Origin: Bordetella parapertussis
GTDB taxonomy: Bacteria; Pseudomonadota; Gammaproteobacteria; Burkholderiales; SG8-41
Assembly (NCBI GenBank): GCA_945906935.1
Contig: CAMDSO010000003.1
Span: 13,251 to 77,250 of the forward strand
Length of the DNA stretch: 64,000 nucleotides
Direction of reading: 5' to 3'
This document shows positions 56,723 to 64,000 of the stretch, in pieces. The notes below the pieces were generated by a model. The model saw only the letters and a program-made list of their open reading frames with translations, searched no databases and had not been told where the DNA came from. How positions within the stretch are numbered: position 1 is the first letter of the stretch; every line of letters begins with the position of its first letter. The position numbers were made by a program, and so were the translations under genes.

Positions 56723-57826
56723 ATGACAGTCGATCGTAGAAAATTTCTCACCTCCGCCGGCGGCGTTGCCGCAATTTCGGTTGCCGCCCCGGCGATTGCG
56801 CAATCAATGCCAGAGGTGCGTTGGCGCTGCGCGTCGAGTTTCCCGAAAAGCCTCGATACCATTTACGGCGGCGGCGAGGTCATCGCCAAGCGCGTAGCGG
56901 CAATTACTGGCGGCAAATTTCAGATCCGTGTCTTCGGCGCCGGTGAAATCGTGCCTGCGTTCGGTACTGTCGATGCGGTCCAACAAGGCACGGTCGAATG
57001 TACGCATACCGCTGGCTATTATTTTGTCGGTAAAAACAAGGCGTTTGCGTTCGATACTACCGTGCCCTTCGGGATGAATCAGCGCCAGCAAAATGCCTGG
57101 ATCTACTGGGGCGGCGGTTTGCAGTTGATGCGCGAGTTTTTCCGCGACTACAACATAATTTCATTTCCCGCCGGCAACACCGGCACGCAGATGGGCGGCT
57201 GGTTTCGCAAGGAAGTCAAAACAACCGCCGATCTGAAGGGGCTGAAGATGCGGATCGCCGGCCTCGGCGGCGAGGTGATGTCGCGGCTCGGCGCGGTGCC
57301 GCAGCAGATCGCCGGCGGGGATATCTACCCGGCGCTCGAGCGCGGCACGATCGATGCCGCCGAGTGGGTTGGCCCTTACGATGACGAGAAACTCGGTTTC
57401 TACAAAATCGCGCCGCATTATTACTATCCCGGCTGGTGGGAGGCCTGTTCCATGTATGGCCTCTACGTCAACATCAAGGAGTGGGAAAAGCTGCCGAAGG
57501 AATACCAGGCGGCACTCGAGGCGGCGTGCTACGAGGCCAACCTCGACATGATGGCGGAATACGATTTCAAGAATCCGCAGGCCTTGCAGCGCCTGGTGAA
57601 GAACGGTGTGCGCCTGCATGCCTTCTCCACCGAGATCATGCGTGCGGCTTACAAGACGGCCTTCGAGTTGTATGAAGAAGAGGCTGCCAAAAATCCGGCG
57701 TGGAAAAAAATCTATGAGTCATGGAAGAAATTTCGCGATGATGAGTTCCTGTGGCATCGTGTTGCCGAGCGTTCGCTGTCGGAATTTCTGTATAACAATC
57801 CAGGTGGTGAGCCGGCGAAGAAATAA
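56723..57826 (+). CDS. TRAP transporter substrate-binding protein (DctP superfamily), Tat-exported
   Basis: 367 aa with GAAGGAG upstream and the Tat signal MTVDRRKFLTSAGGVAAISVAAPAIAQ. 'RWRCASSFPKSLDTIYGG' and 'GPYDDEKLGFYK' are typical of the COG4663-type TRAP receptors. Confidence 0.85.
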   Translation: MTVDRRKFLTSAGGVAAISVAAPAIAQSMPEVRWRCASSFPKSLDTIYGGGEVIAKRVAAITGGKFQIRVFGAGEIVPAFGTVDAVQQGTVECTHTAGYYFVGKNKAFAFDTTVPFGMNQRQQNAWIYWGGGLQLMREFFRDYNIISFPAGNTGTQMGGWFRKEVKTTADLKGLKMRIAGLGGEVMSRLGAVPQQIAGGDIYPALERGTIDAAEWVGPYDDEKLGFYKIAPHYYYPGWWEACSMYGLYVNIKEWEKLPKEYQAALEAACYEANLDMMAEYDFKNPQALQRLVKNGVRLHAFSTEIMRAAYKTAFELYEEEAAKNPAWKKIYESWKKFRDDEFLWHRVAERSLSEFLYNNPGGEPAKK

Positions 57827-57956
57827 TCGATTGTTCCGCCGAACAAGGCCCCCCCTGCAGCGGGGCTTTTTCGTGATGCGGAGCGCGGCGGGGTAAAATG
57901 GGCTCTGAACCGGCGGTTGGCGAACGCTTTGATTGAATCTTGCGAAGGACGGCACC

Positions 57957-58520
57957 GTGGAAGCGTTTTTAACGTCGACGATTGTCGTTGCGCTAGCAGA
58001 AATCGGCGACAAGACGCAGTTGCTGTCCCTGCTGCTGGCGGCACGCTACCGAAAACCGCTGCCGATCGTCGCCGGCATACTGGTGGCGACACTGGCCAAT
58101 CATTTTCTCGCGGGTGTGCTCGGCGCGTGGATCCGCACGGTGATGCCGCCCGATATCATGCGCTGGGTGGTCGGTGGATCGCTGTTGGCGATCGCGTTGT
58201 GGACGCTCAAACCGGACAAACTCGATGGTGAGGTCAAAGAATCGACGCGTGCCGGGCTTTTTATGCTGACCTGTGTGGTGTTTTTTCTCGCTGAGATGGG
58301 CGACAAGACGCAGATTGCAACCATCGTGATGGCGGCGAAATATGAGCCGTTGTATGCGGTGGTGGTGGGTACCACGCTGGGCATGATGATTGCCAACGTG
58401 CCAGTGGTTTACCTGGCGAACATGGCCGCAGACCGTATTCCGTTTCGTGCGGTGAGAGCGGTGACGGCACTGCTCTTTGCGGGCCTCGGGGTTGCCGCTT
58501 TGGCGGGCGTCGGTGGCTGA
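57957..58520 (+). CDS. UPF0016 / GDT1 (TMEM165) family cation (Mn2+/Ca2+) transporter
   Basis: Two copies of the signature are present: 'ALAEIGDKTQLL' and 'FLAEMGDKTQIA'. The track start at 57933 is a TTG. The GTG at 57957, 8 nt after AAGGA, is preferred but uncertain. Confidence 0.85.
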   Translation: MEAFLTSTIVVALAEIGDKTQLLSLLLAARYRKPLPIVAGILVATLANHFLAGVLGAWIRTVMPPDIMRWVVGGSLLAIALWTLKPDKLDGEVKESTRAGLFMLTCVVFFLAEMGDKTQIATIVMAAKYEPLYAVVVGTTLGMMIANVPVVYLANMAADRIPFRAVRAVTALLFAGLGVAALAGVGG

Positions 58521-58573
58521 TGCGCGGGTCTTAAGGTCGGCGGAAATGGCCAGCGGCAAAGGCCAGCGGCAAT

Positions 58574-58601
58574 AAAAAAGGCAGCGAAGGCTGCCTTTTT
58601 T
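58574..58601. terminator. bidirectional rho-independent terminator (GDT1-family gene / rpmE)
   Basis: A6, then GGCAGC (58580-58585), loop GAAG, then GCTGCC (58590-58595), then T6. Confidence 0.75.
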
Positions 58602-58620
58602 ATTGCAGAGTGCGGCCTGA

Positions 58621-58854
58621 TCAGGCGGCGATGCTCTTGCCCTTCGAGTTCGGCGTATGCGCAAATTTCTGTTTGAATTTTTCAACACGGCCTGCGGTGT
58701 CGACAATTTTTTGCTTGCCGGTGTAGAACGGGTGACATTCCGAGCACACCTCGACCTGGAGTTCCTTGCCCATCGTCGAGCGCGTGGTGAACTTGTTGCC
58801 GCAGCTGCAGGCAACGGCTATCTCATTGTATTCTGGATGAATTGCAGTCTTCAT
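58621..58854 (-). CDS. rpmE: 50S ribosomal protein L31 (zinc-binding type A)
   Basis: 77 aa reading [27 protein letters not shown]...[16 protein letters not shown]. The CxC...CxxC zinc motif is intact. Confidence 0.95.
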   Translation of the reverse strand: MKTAIHPEYNEIAVACSCGNKFTTRSTMGKELQVEVCSECHPFYTGKQKIVDTAGRVEKFKQKFAHTPNSKGKSIAA

Positions 58855-58895
58855 GGCGGTGTCCTCGAGCGTCTGCCCGGTCGCGAAAAGCGGGC

Positions 58896-58924
58896 ATTAT
58901 CCCCTAGCGGGGAGATAGTTGCAA
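58896..58924 (-). promoter_or_regulatory. sigma70 promoter of rpmE
   Basis: The reverse strand reads TTGCAA (58919-58924) - N17 - GATAAT (58896-58901), about 40 nt upstream of the rpmE ATG. Confidence 0.55.
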
Positions 58925-58989
58925 GTTGAGTGTGTGGCTGGTTTTGCGTCTGGGCACCGCGGCCGGCAGTGCCGGCCCGGGCACCTCGT

Positions 58990-60249
58990 CTAGCCCCTGC
59001 GCATGGAGTCGAAGAACTCGTTATTGTTCTTCGTTGCACGCAGCTTGTCGACCAGGAACTCGGTCGCTTCGAGTTCGTCCATCGGATAGAGCAGTTTGCG
59101 CAACACCCAGATTTTTTGCAGCACGTCCTGCTTGAGCAACAGCTCTTCGCGCCGCGTGCCTGAACGATTGACGTTGATCGACGGGTAGATCCGCTTTTCC
59201 GCCATGCGGCGATCAAGGTGGACCTCCATGTTGCCGGTGCCCTTGAATTCTTCGAAGATCACGTCGTCCATGCGCGAACCGGTGTCGATCAGCGCGGTGG
59301 CGATGATGGTGAGCGAACCGCCTTCTTCGACGTTACGTGCGGCGCCAAAGAAACGCTTCGGGCGTTGCAATGCATTGGCATCCACACCGCCAGTGAGTAC
59401 TTTGCCGGAGGCCGGTACCACGGTGTTATAGGCGCGTGCCAGACGCGTGATCGAATCGAGCAGAATCACCACATCTTTTTTGTGTTCGACCAGTCGTTTG
59501 GCTTTTTCGATCACCATGTCGGCGACCTGCACGTGACGGGTGGCCGGTTCGTCGAAGGTCGAGGAAACCACTTCGCCCTTGACCGAGCGCTGCATTTCGG
59601 TGACTTCCTCGGGCCGTTCGTCGATCAGCAGCACGATCAAATAGACCTCGGGGTTGTTGGTCGAGATCGAGTGTGCGATGTGCTGCATCAGCACAGTCTT
59701 GCCAGCCTTGGGCGGCGACACGATGAGCCCGCGCTGACCCTTGCCGATGGGGGCGACGATATCGATGATGCGGCCGGTGAGGTTTTCTTCTGACTTGATG
59801 TCGCGTTCCATGATGAAGCGCTCATCCGGAAACAGCGGCGTCAGGTTTTCAAAGAGGATCTTGTGTTTTGAATTCTCGGGCGGTTCGTCATTGACCTTGT
59901 CGACCTTGACCAGTGCGAAATAACGCTCCCCGTCCTTCGGTGTGCGAATTTCGCCGTCGATCGAATCGCCGGTATGCAGATTGAAACGCCGGATCTGGCT
60001 GGGGCTGACATAAATGTCGTCGGTGCCTGCGAGATAGGAGGTGTCAGGAGAACGCAGAAAGCCGAAGCCGTCAGGCAGCACTTCGAGCGTGCCTTCGCCG
60101 AAGATGGCTTCGCCCTTTTTCGCCTGGTTCTTGAGCAGGGCGAAGATCACCTCCTGCTTGCGTAACCGGCTCGCGCCTTCGATATCGTTGGCAATGGCCA
60201 TTTCCACCAGTTCAGTAACGGGCAGATTTTTCAGGTCGGATAAATGCAT
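58990..60249 (-). CDS. rho: transcription termination factor Rho
   Basis: 419 aa reading [18 protein letters not shown]...; it has the RNA-binding domain 'GFGFLR', Walker A 'PPKAGKT' and '[12 protein letters not shown]'-type motifs. Confidence 0.97.
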   Translation of the reverse strand: MHLSDLKNLPVTELVEMAIANDIEGASRLRKQEVIFALLKNQAKKGEAIFGEGTLEVLPDGFGFLRSPDTSYLAGTDDIYVSPSQIRRFNLHTGDSIDGEIRTPKDGERYFALVKVDKVNDEPPENSKHKILFENLTPLFPDERFIMERDIKSEENLTGRIIDIVAPIGKGQRGLIVSPPKAGKTVLMQHIAHSISTNNPEVYLIVLLIDERPEEVTEMQRSVKGEVVSSTFDEPATRHVQVADMVIEKAKRLVEHKKDVVILLDSITRLARAYNTVVPASGKVLTGGVDANALQRPKRFFGAARNVEEGGSLTIIATALIDTGSRMDDVIFEEFKGTGNMEVHLDRRMAEKRIYPSINVNRSGTRREELLLKQDVLQKIWVLRKLLYPMDELEATEFLVDKLRATKNNNEFFDSMRRG

Positions 60250-60450
60250 AAATAGGATGAGTTGATGGAGTGAGGGTGAGACTCGGAACCGCGATGGGTT
60301 TAGGGGGCAGGTGCGCGACTAAAACGAAAGCGGGGGGACGTTTTGGAGAGCTCTAGAGGGAAAGTGACCGGGCTTGCGCTCGGCGTCTGCGGCTTTTCCG
60401 CTCAAATCAGTGGAGCGGGTGCCGGAGAATTTGCACAGAGGTTAACGAGT
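60250..60450 (-). promoter_or_regulatory. rho 5' leader, C-rich/G-poor (rut-like) - probable autoregulatory attenuator region
   Basis: In the 60 nt immediately upstream of the rho ATG (60250-60309) I count 27 G and 6 C on the plus strand. The mRNA is therefore about 45% C and 10% G. Confidence 0.45.
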
Positions 60451-60777
60451 TCAGATATTGCTGTCAATGAAAGCCGCTAATTGAGATTTGGAGACTGCGC
60501 CGACCTTGGTTGCCTCGACGTTGCCGTTTTTGAACAGCATCAGGGTCGGAATGCCGCGTATGCCATATTTGGGCGGGGTGCCGGGATTTTCGTCGATATT
60601 CAATTTGGCGATTTTCAGGCGGCCGGTGTATTCCTTGGCGATGTCATCCAGTATCGGAGCGATCATTTTGCAGGGGCCGCACCATTCCGCCCAGTAATCG
60701 ACCAGCACTGGCGTCGGCGATTGCAATACTTCTGCGTCAAAGTTGTCGTCGGTCACGTGATGAATGTGTTCGCTCAT
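60451..60777 (-). CDS. trxA: thioredoxin
   Basis: ORF trimmed to the ATG at 60777. It is 108 aa, reading [41 protein letters not shown]. It lies in the classical position upstream of rho. Confidence 0.95.
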   Translation of the reverse strand: MSEHIHHVTDDNFDAEVLQSPTPVLVDYWAEWCGPCKMIAPILDDIAKEYTGRLKIAKLNIDENPGTPPKYGIRGIPTLMLFKNGNVEATKVGAVSKSQLAAFIDSNI

Positions 60778-61036
60778 GTCGTTTCTCCTGCGGGTGGTTT
60801 GGTGGAACATGCCGAAAGGGATTGATGCGGTATGCGGCGGCATGCAACGGAATATAGCTATGCTAGCAAAAAACAGCGGCGCTTGGGAAGCACGCTTAAG
60901 CGCGCGCTGCAGGCGCTGTCTATTGTGCAGACTTGCGTTGTCGCATGACTGCGCCGGCATGGGGCTTTCTGTTAAAATTAACGGTAGAAAGTTGTCCGTC
61001 CATTCACAGGGGCAACACAATAAGCCAAGGATTACC

Positions 61037-61360
61037 ATGACTTACGTCGTTACCGAGAGCTGCATCAAGTGCAAACATACCGACTGCGTGGATGTTTGCC
61101 CCGTCGATTGTTTTCGCGAGGGCCCAAATTTTTTGGTGATCGACCCGGATGAATGTATCGATTGCACGCTGTGCGTTGCAGAATGCCCGGTTGAGGCGAT
61201 TTTTGCCGAGGACGATGTGCCGGATTCGCAGAAAGAGTACACCGCGCTGAATGCCGAGCTCGCCAAAATCTGGAAGCCCATCATCGAGAAAAAAGATGCG
61301 CCCGCTGATGCCGAGGAATGGGCCAAGGTTAAAGACAAGAAGCATTTGCTCGAGAAGTAA
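61037..61360 (+). CDS. fdxA: 7Fe ferredoxin ([3Fe-4S][4Fe-4S], FdxA type)
   Basis: ORF trimmed to the ATG at 61037. It is 107 aa, reading [55 protein letters not shown]. Confidence 0.95.
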   Translation: MTYVVTESCIKCKHTDCVDVCPVDCFREGPNFLVIDPDECIDCTLCVAECPVEAIFAEDDVPDSQKEYTALNAELAKIWKPIIEKKDAPADAEEWAKVKDKKHLLEK

Positions 61361-61430
61361 GCGCGCCTTTGACTGATACGGCGGCGCTGCCGCCGTGATC
61401 TCGGTGACGTTCGGCGCTATCATGCCCCGT

Positions 61431-64000
61431 ATGTCCGTTCTCTCCGCTCCCTCCGCTCCCTCCGCTCCCTCCGTTCTCTCCGAACTCCCCGCGATCCGCA
61501 AGTCTGCAGTTTTTGAATGTCTTGCGGCAGGTGCGCAGGCGCGCACGACCGTGGTCACCCCTAACCGTCGTCTGGCCCAGGAACTGGCGCGCGCTTTCGA
61601 TGCCACGCGCGTGGCGGCTGCTCTGCAGGCGTGGGAGGCGGCAGACATCATTCCGTTGAACGCTTTTGTCGAGCGTTGCTGGGAGGCGGCTACCTATTCT
61701 GATCGTGCCGCCCCGTTACCGTCACTGTTGTCGACGGCACAGGAACAGGCGTTGTGGGAAGAAGTGATCGCGGCGAGCCGCTGGAGTGGTGAACTATTGG
61801 CACCAGCACGCGCGGCGGTGCAATGTCAGGATGCGTGGAAACTGGCGCATGCCTGGCGTATCGATGGTGGGCTGGAAGTTTTCCCCGGTAATGATGATGC
61901 ACTGGCGTTTGCCGAGTGGGCGCGCGCCTACCTCAAGCGCACTGGCGGGGATATTGACGCGGCGCGCCTGCCGGATGCTGTCGCCGGCTTGCTGGCGAAT
62001 GACGAGCTGCCCAAGCCACAGACACTGGTGGTATATGGATTTGAAATCCTGCCGCCGCAAAGCGGTGAATTCCTGCAGGCGTGTACCGCGCAGGGCGTGA
62101 CGGTCGCGGTCTGCCGCCTCGAACGCGAGGCGGTGACGCCTGTGCGTGTTATGCGGGCATCGGCCGCCGAAGAACTCGAGACCGCCGCGCGTTGGGCGCG
62201 GACGCGTCTGGAGCAGGCGCATGCACGTTTAAGCGCCGATGATCCTGACGCGCCCTTTGTATATCCGCGTATCGGCGTTGTGGTGCCCGATCTGCAGCAG
62301 CGCCGGCGTGAAGTGCAGCGTGTCTTTTCGCGCGTCATGGCGCCGGCCTGGACATTGCCAGGGGGCACGAGCACCGCCCCGGCGCTGCCTTTTAATCTTT
62401 CGCTGGGTATGCCGCTCATCGATTTCCCGATCGTGCATGCCGCCCTCGCTGTGCTTGCGCTAGCGATGGGCGAGATTGATTTCACATTGTTAAGCCGGCT
62501 GCTGCGTTCGCCGTTTATCGGCGGTGCCGAAAACGAATCTAGCCGTCGTGCGCGGCTCGACGCCGAGCTGCGCAGACGCCTGCCGGCGCGCGTGACGCTT
62601 GCCCGCGTCACCGCACTGGTGACGCATTGTGCATTGCTGCGTGAGCGCCTCGAAGCGCTCTACGCCGTTGCGCAACAGTTGCCGTCGGGGGTGGATACGC
62701 CAGCGGCCTGGGGCCGCCATTTTTCCGCGCTGCTCGACGCTGTGGGTTTCCCCGGCGAGCGTACGCTCGATTCAGCGGAATTTCAGACGCGCATCAAGTG
62801 GTATGAAATGCTCGCCGAGCTGGCGCGTCTCGAACGCGTCGTGCCGCGGATGTCTGCCGCGCAGGCGCTGGCGCGCTTGCGCCGCTTGTGCGCCGACACG
62901 CTGTTTCAGCCCGAGGCGATCGACGCGCCAATTCAGATACTCGGTGTACTCGAATCCGATGGGATGGAATTTGATCATCTGTGGGTCAGCGGCTTGACCG
63001 ATGATGCGTGGCCGCTGGCCGCGCGACCGAATCCGTTTATTGCGGTCGCCTTGCAAAAGAAAGCCGGCATTCCCGAGTCCTCGGCGGAGAGTGCCCTGGC
63101 CCTCGATCGTCGCATTACCGCAGGCTGGCGGCAGTCTGCCGATGAGGTGGTGTTCTCCCACGCGCTACGCGCCGATGACCGTGAACTCACCCCCAGCGCG
63201 CTGATTGCCATGGAGATGGCTGGTGAGCCGATGCTCTCGGTGTATCCGCGTTATTGCGACACACTGTATGCCGCGCGTGCACTTGAAGAAGTGCCCGACG
63301 GTGTCGCACTGGCTTACGCACAGGTCAAGGTTGGCGGTGGCACGCGCGTGTTGGCCGATCAGGCGGCCTGTCCGTTTCGTGCGTTTGCGCAGCATCGCTT
63401 GCGCGCCCGCGATCTGGAAAACCCGGCCGACGGCCTGGACGCGCGCGATCGCGGCAACCTCTTGCATGCATTGATGCACGATCTTTGGGGGGCGTTGCAA
63501 TCCAAAGCGCGGCTTGATGCGATCAGCGCCGAAGAGTTGTCAGCAGTGATCGAACGCGCCGCGCATGTCGCCGTCGAGAAGGTGCGTGCCGAACGCTCCG
63601 GCGTGCTGGACGGCCGGCTGGCTGATCTCGAACGCTTGCGCCTGGCGAAGCTCGCGCACGACTGGCTGGAGATCGAACGCTCGCGCGGCGACTTTACGGT
63701 AACCGCTCTCGAACAGCCGCGCACGTTGCATGCGGCGGGCCTTGAAATGCACGGACGCATCGATCGCATGGACAAGTTGGCCGGCGGCGGACATGTGTTG
63801 ATTGATTACAAATCCGGACGCGCCACGCCGAAGGACTGGCTGGAAGACCGTCCCGACGATCCGCAAATGCCGCTCTATGCGCTGGCCGCCGATGAAAAAA
63901 TTGATGCCATTGCCTATGCCAGTCTCAAGGCCGGTCGCATGAAATACCTTGGCATTGCGCGTGAGGCGGATATGTTGCCCAAGGTCGCCGCACTCGATTC
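61431..64000 (+). CDS. AddB-like PD-(D/E)XK nuclease family DNA repair protein (N-terminal ~855 aa; continues beyond window)
   Basis: Absent from the ORF track because it has no stop in the window. My translation from the ATG at 61431 (or 61422) reads MSVLSAPSAPSAPSVLSELPAIRKSAVFECL...TVVTPNRRLAQEL...GRIDRMDKLAGGGHVLIDYKSG. 'D...IDYKSG' is the PD-(D/E)XK motif. The architecture resembles the betaproteobacterial 'probable DNA repair protein' family. Confidence 0.7.
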   Translation, partial: MSVLSAPSAPSAPSVLSELPAIRKSAVFECLAAGAQARTTVVTPNRRLAQELARAFDATRVAAALQAWEAADIIPLNAFVERCWEAATYSDRAAPLPSLLSTAQEQALWEEVIAASRWSGELLAPARAAVQCQDAWKLAHAWRIDGGLEVFPGNDDALAFAEWARAYLKRTGGDIDAARLPDAVAGLLANDELPKPQTLVVYGFEILPPQSGEFLQACTAQGVTVAVCRLEREAVTPVRVMRASAAEELETAARWARTRLEQAHARLSADDPDAPFVYPRIGVVVPDLQQRRREVQRVFSRVMAPAWTLPGGTSTAPALPFNLSLGMPLIDFPIVHAALAVLALAMGEIDFTLLSRLLRSPFIGGAENESSRRARLDAELRRRLPARVTLARVTALVTHCALLRERLEALYAVAQQLPSGVDTPAAWGRHFSALLDAVGFPGERTLDSAEFQTRIKWYEMLAELARLERVVPRMSAAQALARLRRLCADTLFQPEAIDAPIQILGVLESDGMEFDHLWVSGLTDDAWPLAARPNPFIAVALQKKAGIPESSAESALALDRRITAGWRQSADEVVFSHALRADDRELTPSALIAMEMAGEPMLSVYPRYCDTLYAARALEEVPDGVALAYAQVKVGGGTRVLADQAACPFRAFAQHRLRARDLENPADGLDARDRGNLLHALMHDLWGALQSKARLDAISAEELSAVIERAAHVAVEKVRAERSGVLDGRLADLERLRLAKLAHDWLEIERSRGDFTVTALEQPRTLHAAGLEMHGRIDRMDKLAGGGHVLIDYKSGRATPKDWLEDRPDDPQMPLYALAADEKIDAIAYASLKAGRMKYLGIAREADMLPKVAALD
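61434..61487 (+). repeat. in-frame 9-bp tandem repeat (6 units, 3 perfect)
   Basis: The units are tccgttctc | tccgctccc | tccgctccc | tccgctccc | tccgttctc | tccgaactc, encoding SVL-SAP-SAP-SAP-SVL-SEL at the extreme N-terminus of the AddB-like protein. Confidence 0.9.

Noticed and set aside
57827-57956. A manganese (yybP-ykoY) riboswitch upstream of the GDT1/UPF0016 transporter gene.
   Set aside because: The 130-nt spacer shows only a weak terminator-like hairpin for the upstream TRAP gene (gcccc...ggggc followed by ttttt). None of the conserved riboswitch core sequences is visible.
58548-58572. The direct repeat ggccagcggcaa x2, and a general search for CRISPR-like or REP arrays.
   Set aside because: There are only two 12-nt copies, immediately upstream of a terminator. 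No spacer-repeat periodicity occurs anywhere in the window, so no CRISPR array is called.
61004-61651. A 215-aa minus-strand ORF spanning fdxA and the start of the AddB-like gene ('TEGAEGAEGAERTD' repeat).
   Set aside because: It is the reverse reading of the 9-bp tandem repeat and of two well-supported plus-strand genes, with no independent support.

Overview
This 64 kb window looks like ordinary chromosome from a high-GC betaproteobacterium, probably Burkholderiales. That placement is inferred from seven Bug/TctC-type solute receptors, the trxA-rho-rpmE arrangement and a PhaM-like gene. It is densely coding. I call about 60 CDS (two run off the window edges), one tRNA-Thr(UGU), and a few promoters and terminators that can be read directly.

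I found no rRNA, CRISPR array, transposase, integrase, prophage or recognisable defence genes.

Housekeeping genes:
- orn, rsgA, phhB, class I fumarase, maeB, pip, pgi, thiolase, rpmE, rho, trxA and fdxA.
- An AddB-like PD-(D/E)XK nuclease gene.

Modules:
- A GldA/F/G-like ABC system plus a DUF4340 protein, directly downstream of the tRNA.
- Three tandem Bug receptors.
- An ECF sigma/anti-sigma operon led by an unclassifiable secreted protein.
- UDP-xylose synthase next to a TPR/GT-A-like protein.
- A hybrid histidine kinase with a GGDEF response regulator.
- An M48 protease / Kdo hydroxylase / GT39 envelope operon.
- A cynABD-cynS cyanate operon with a readable sigma54/NtrC-type control region.

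I cannot point to a clear-cut novel system. The best candidates for a second look are:
1. A 412-nt gene-free region (28163-28574) holding an orphan, very strong plus-strand terminator or 37-bp AT-rich palindrome, which suggests an unannotated sRNA.
2. A 59-aa Cys-rich ORF missing from the ORF track.
3. The ECF operon with its uncharacterised secreted partner.
4. The M48-KdoO-GT39 cluster.

Many ORF-track entries are GC-driven antisense artefacts or over-extended N-termini. The track also translates GTG/TTG starts as M, so I re-picked starts where the sequence allowed.
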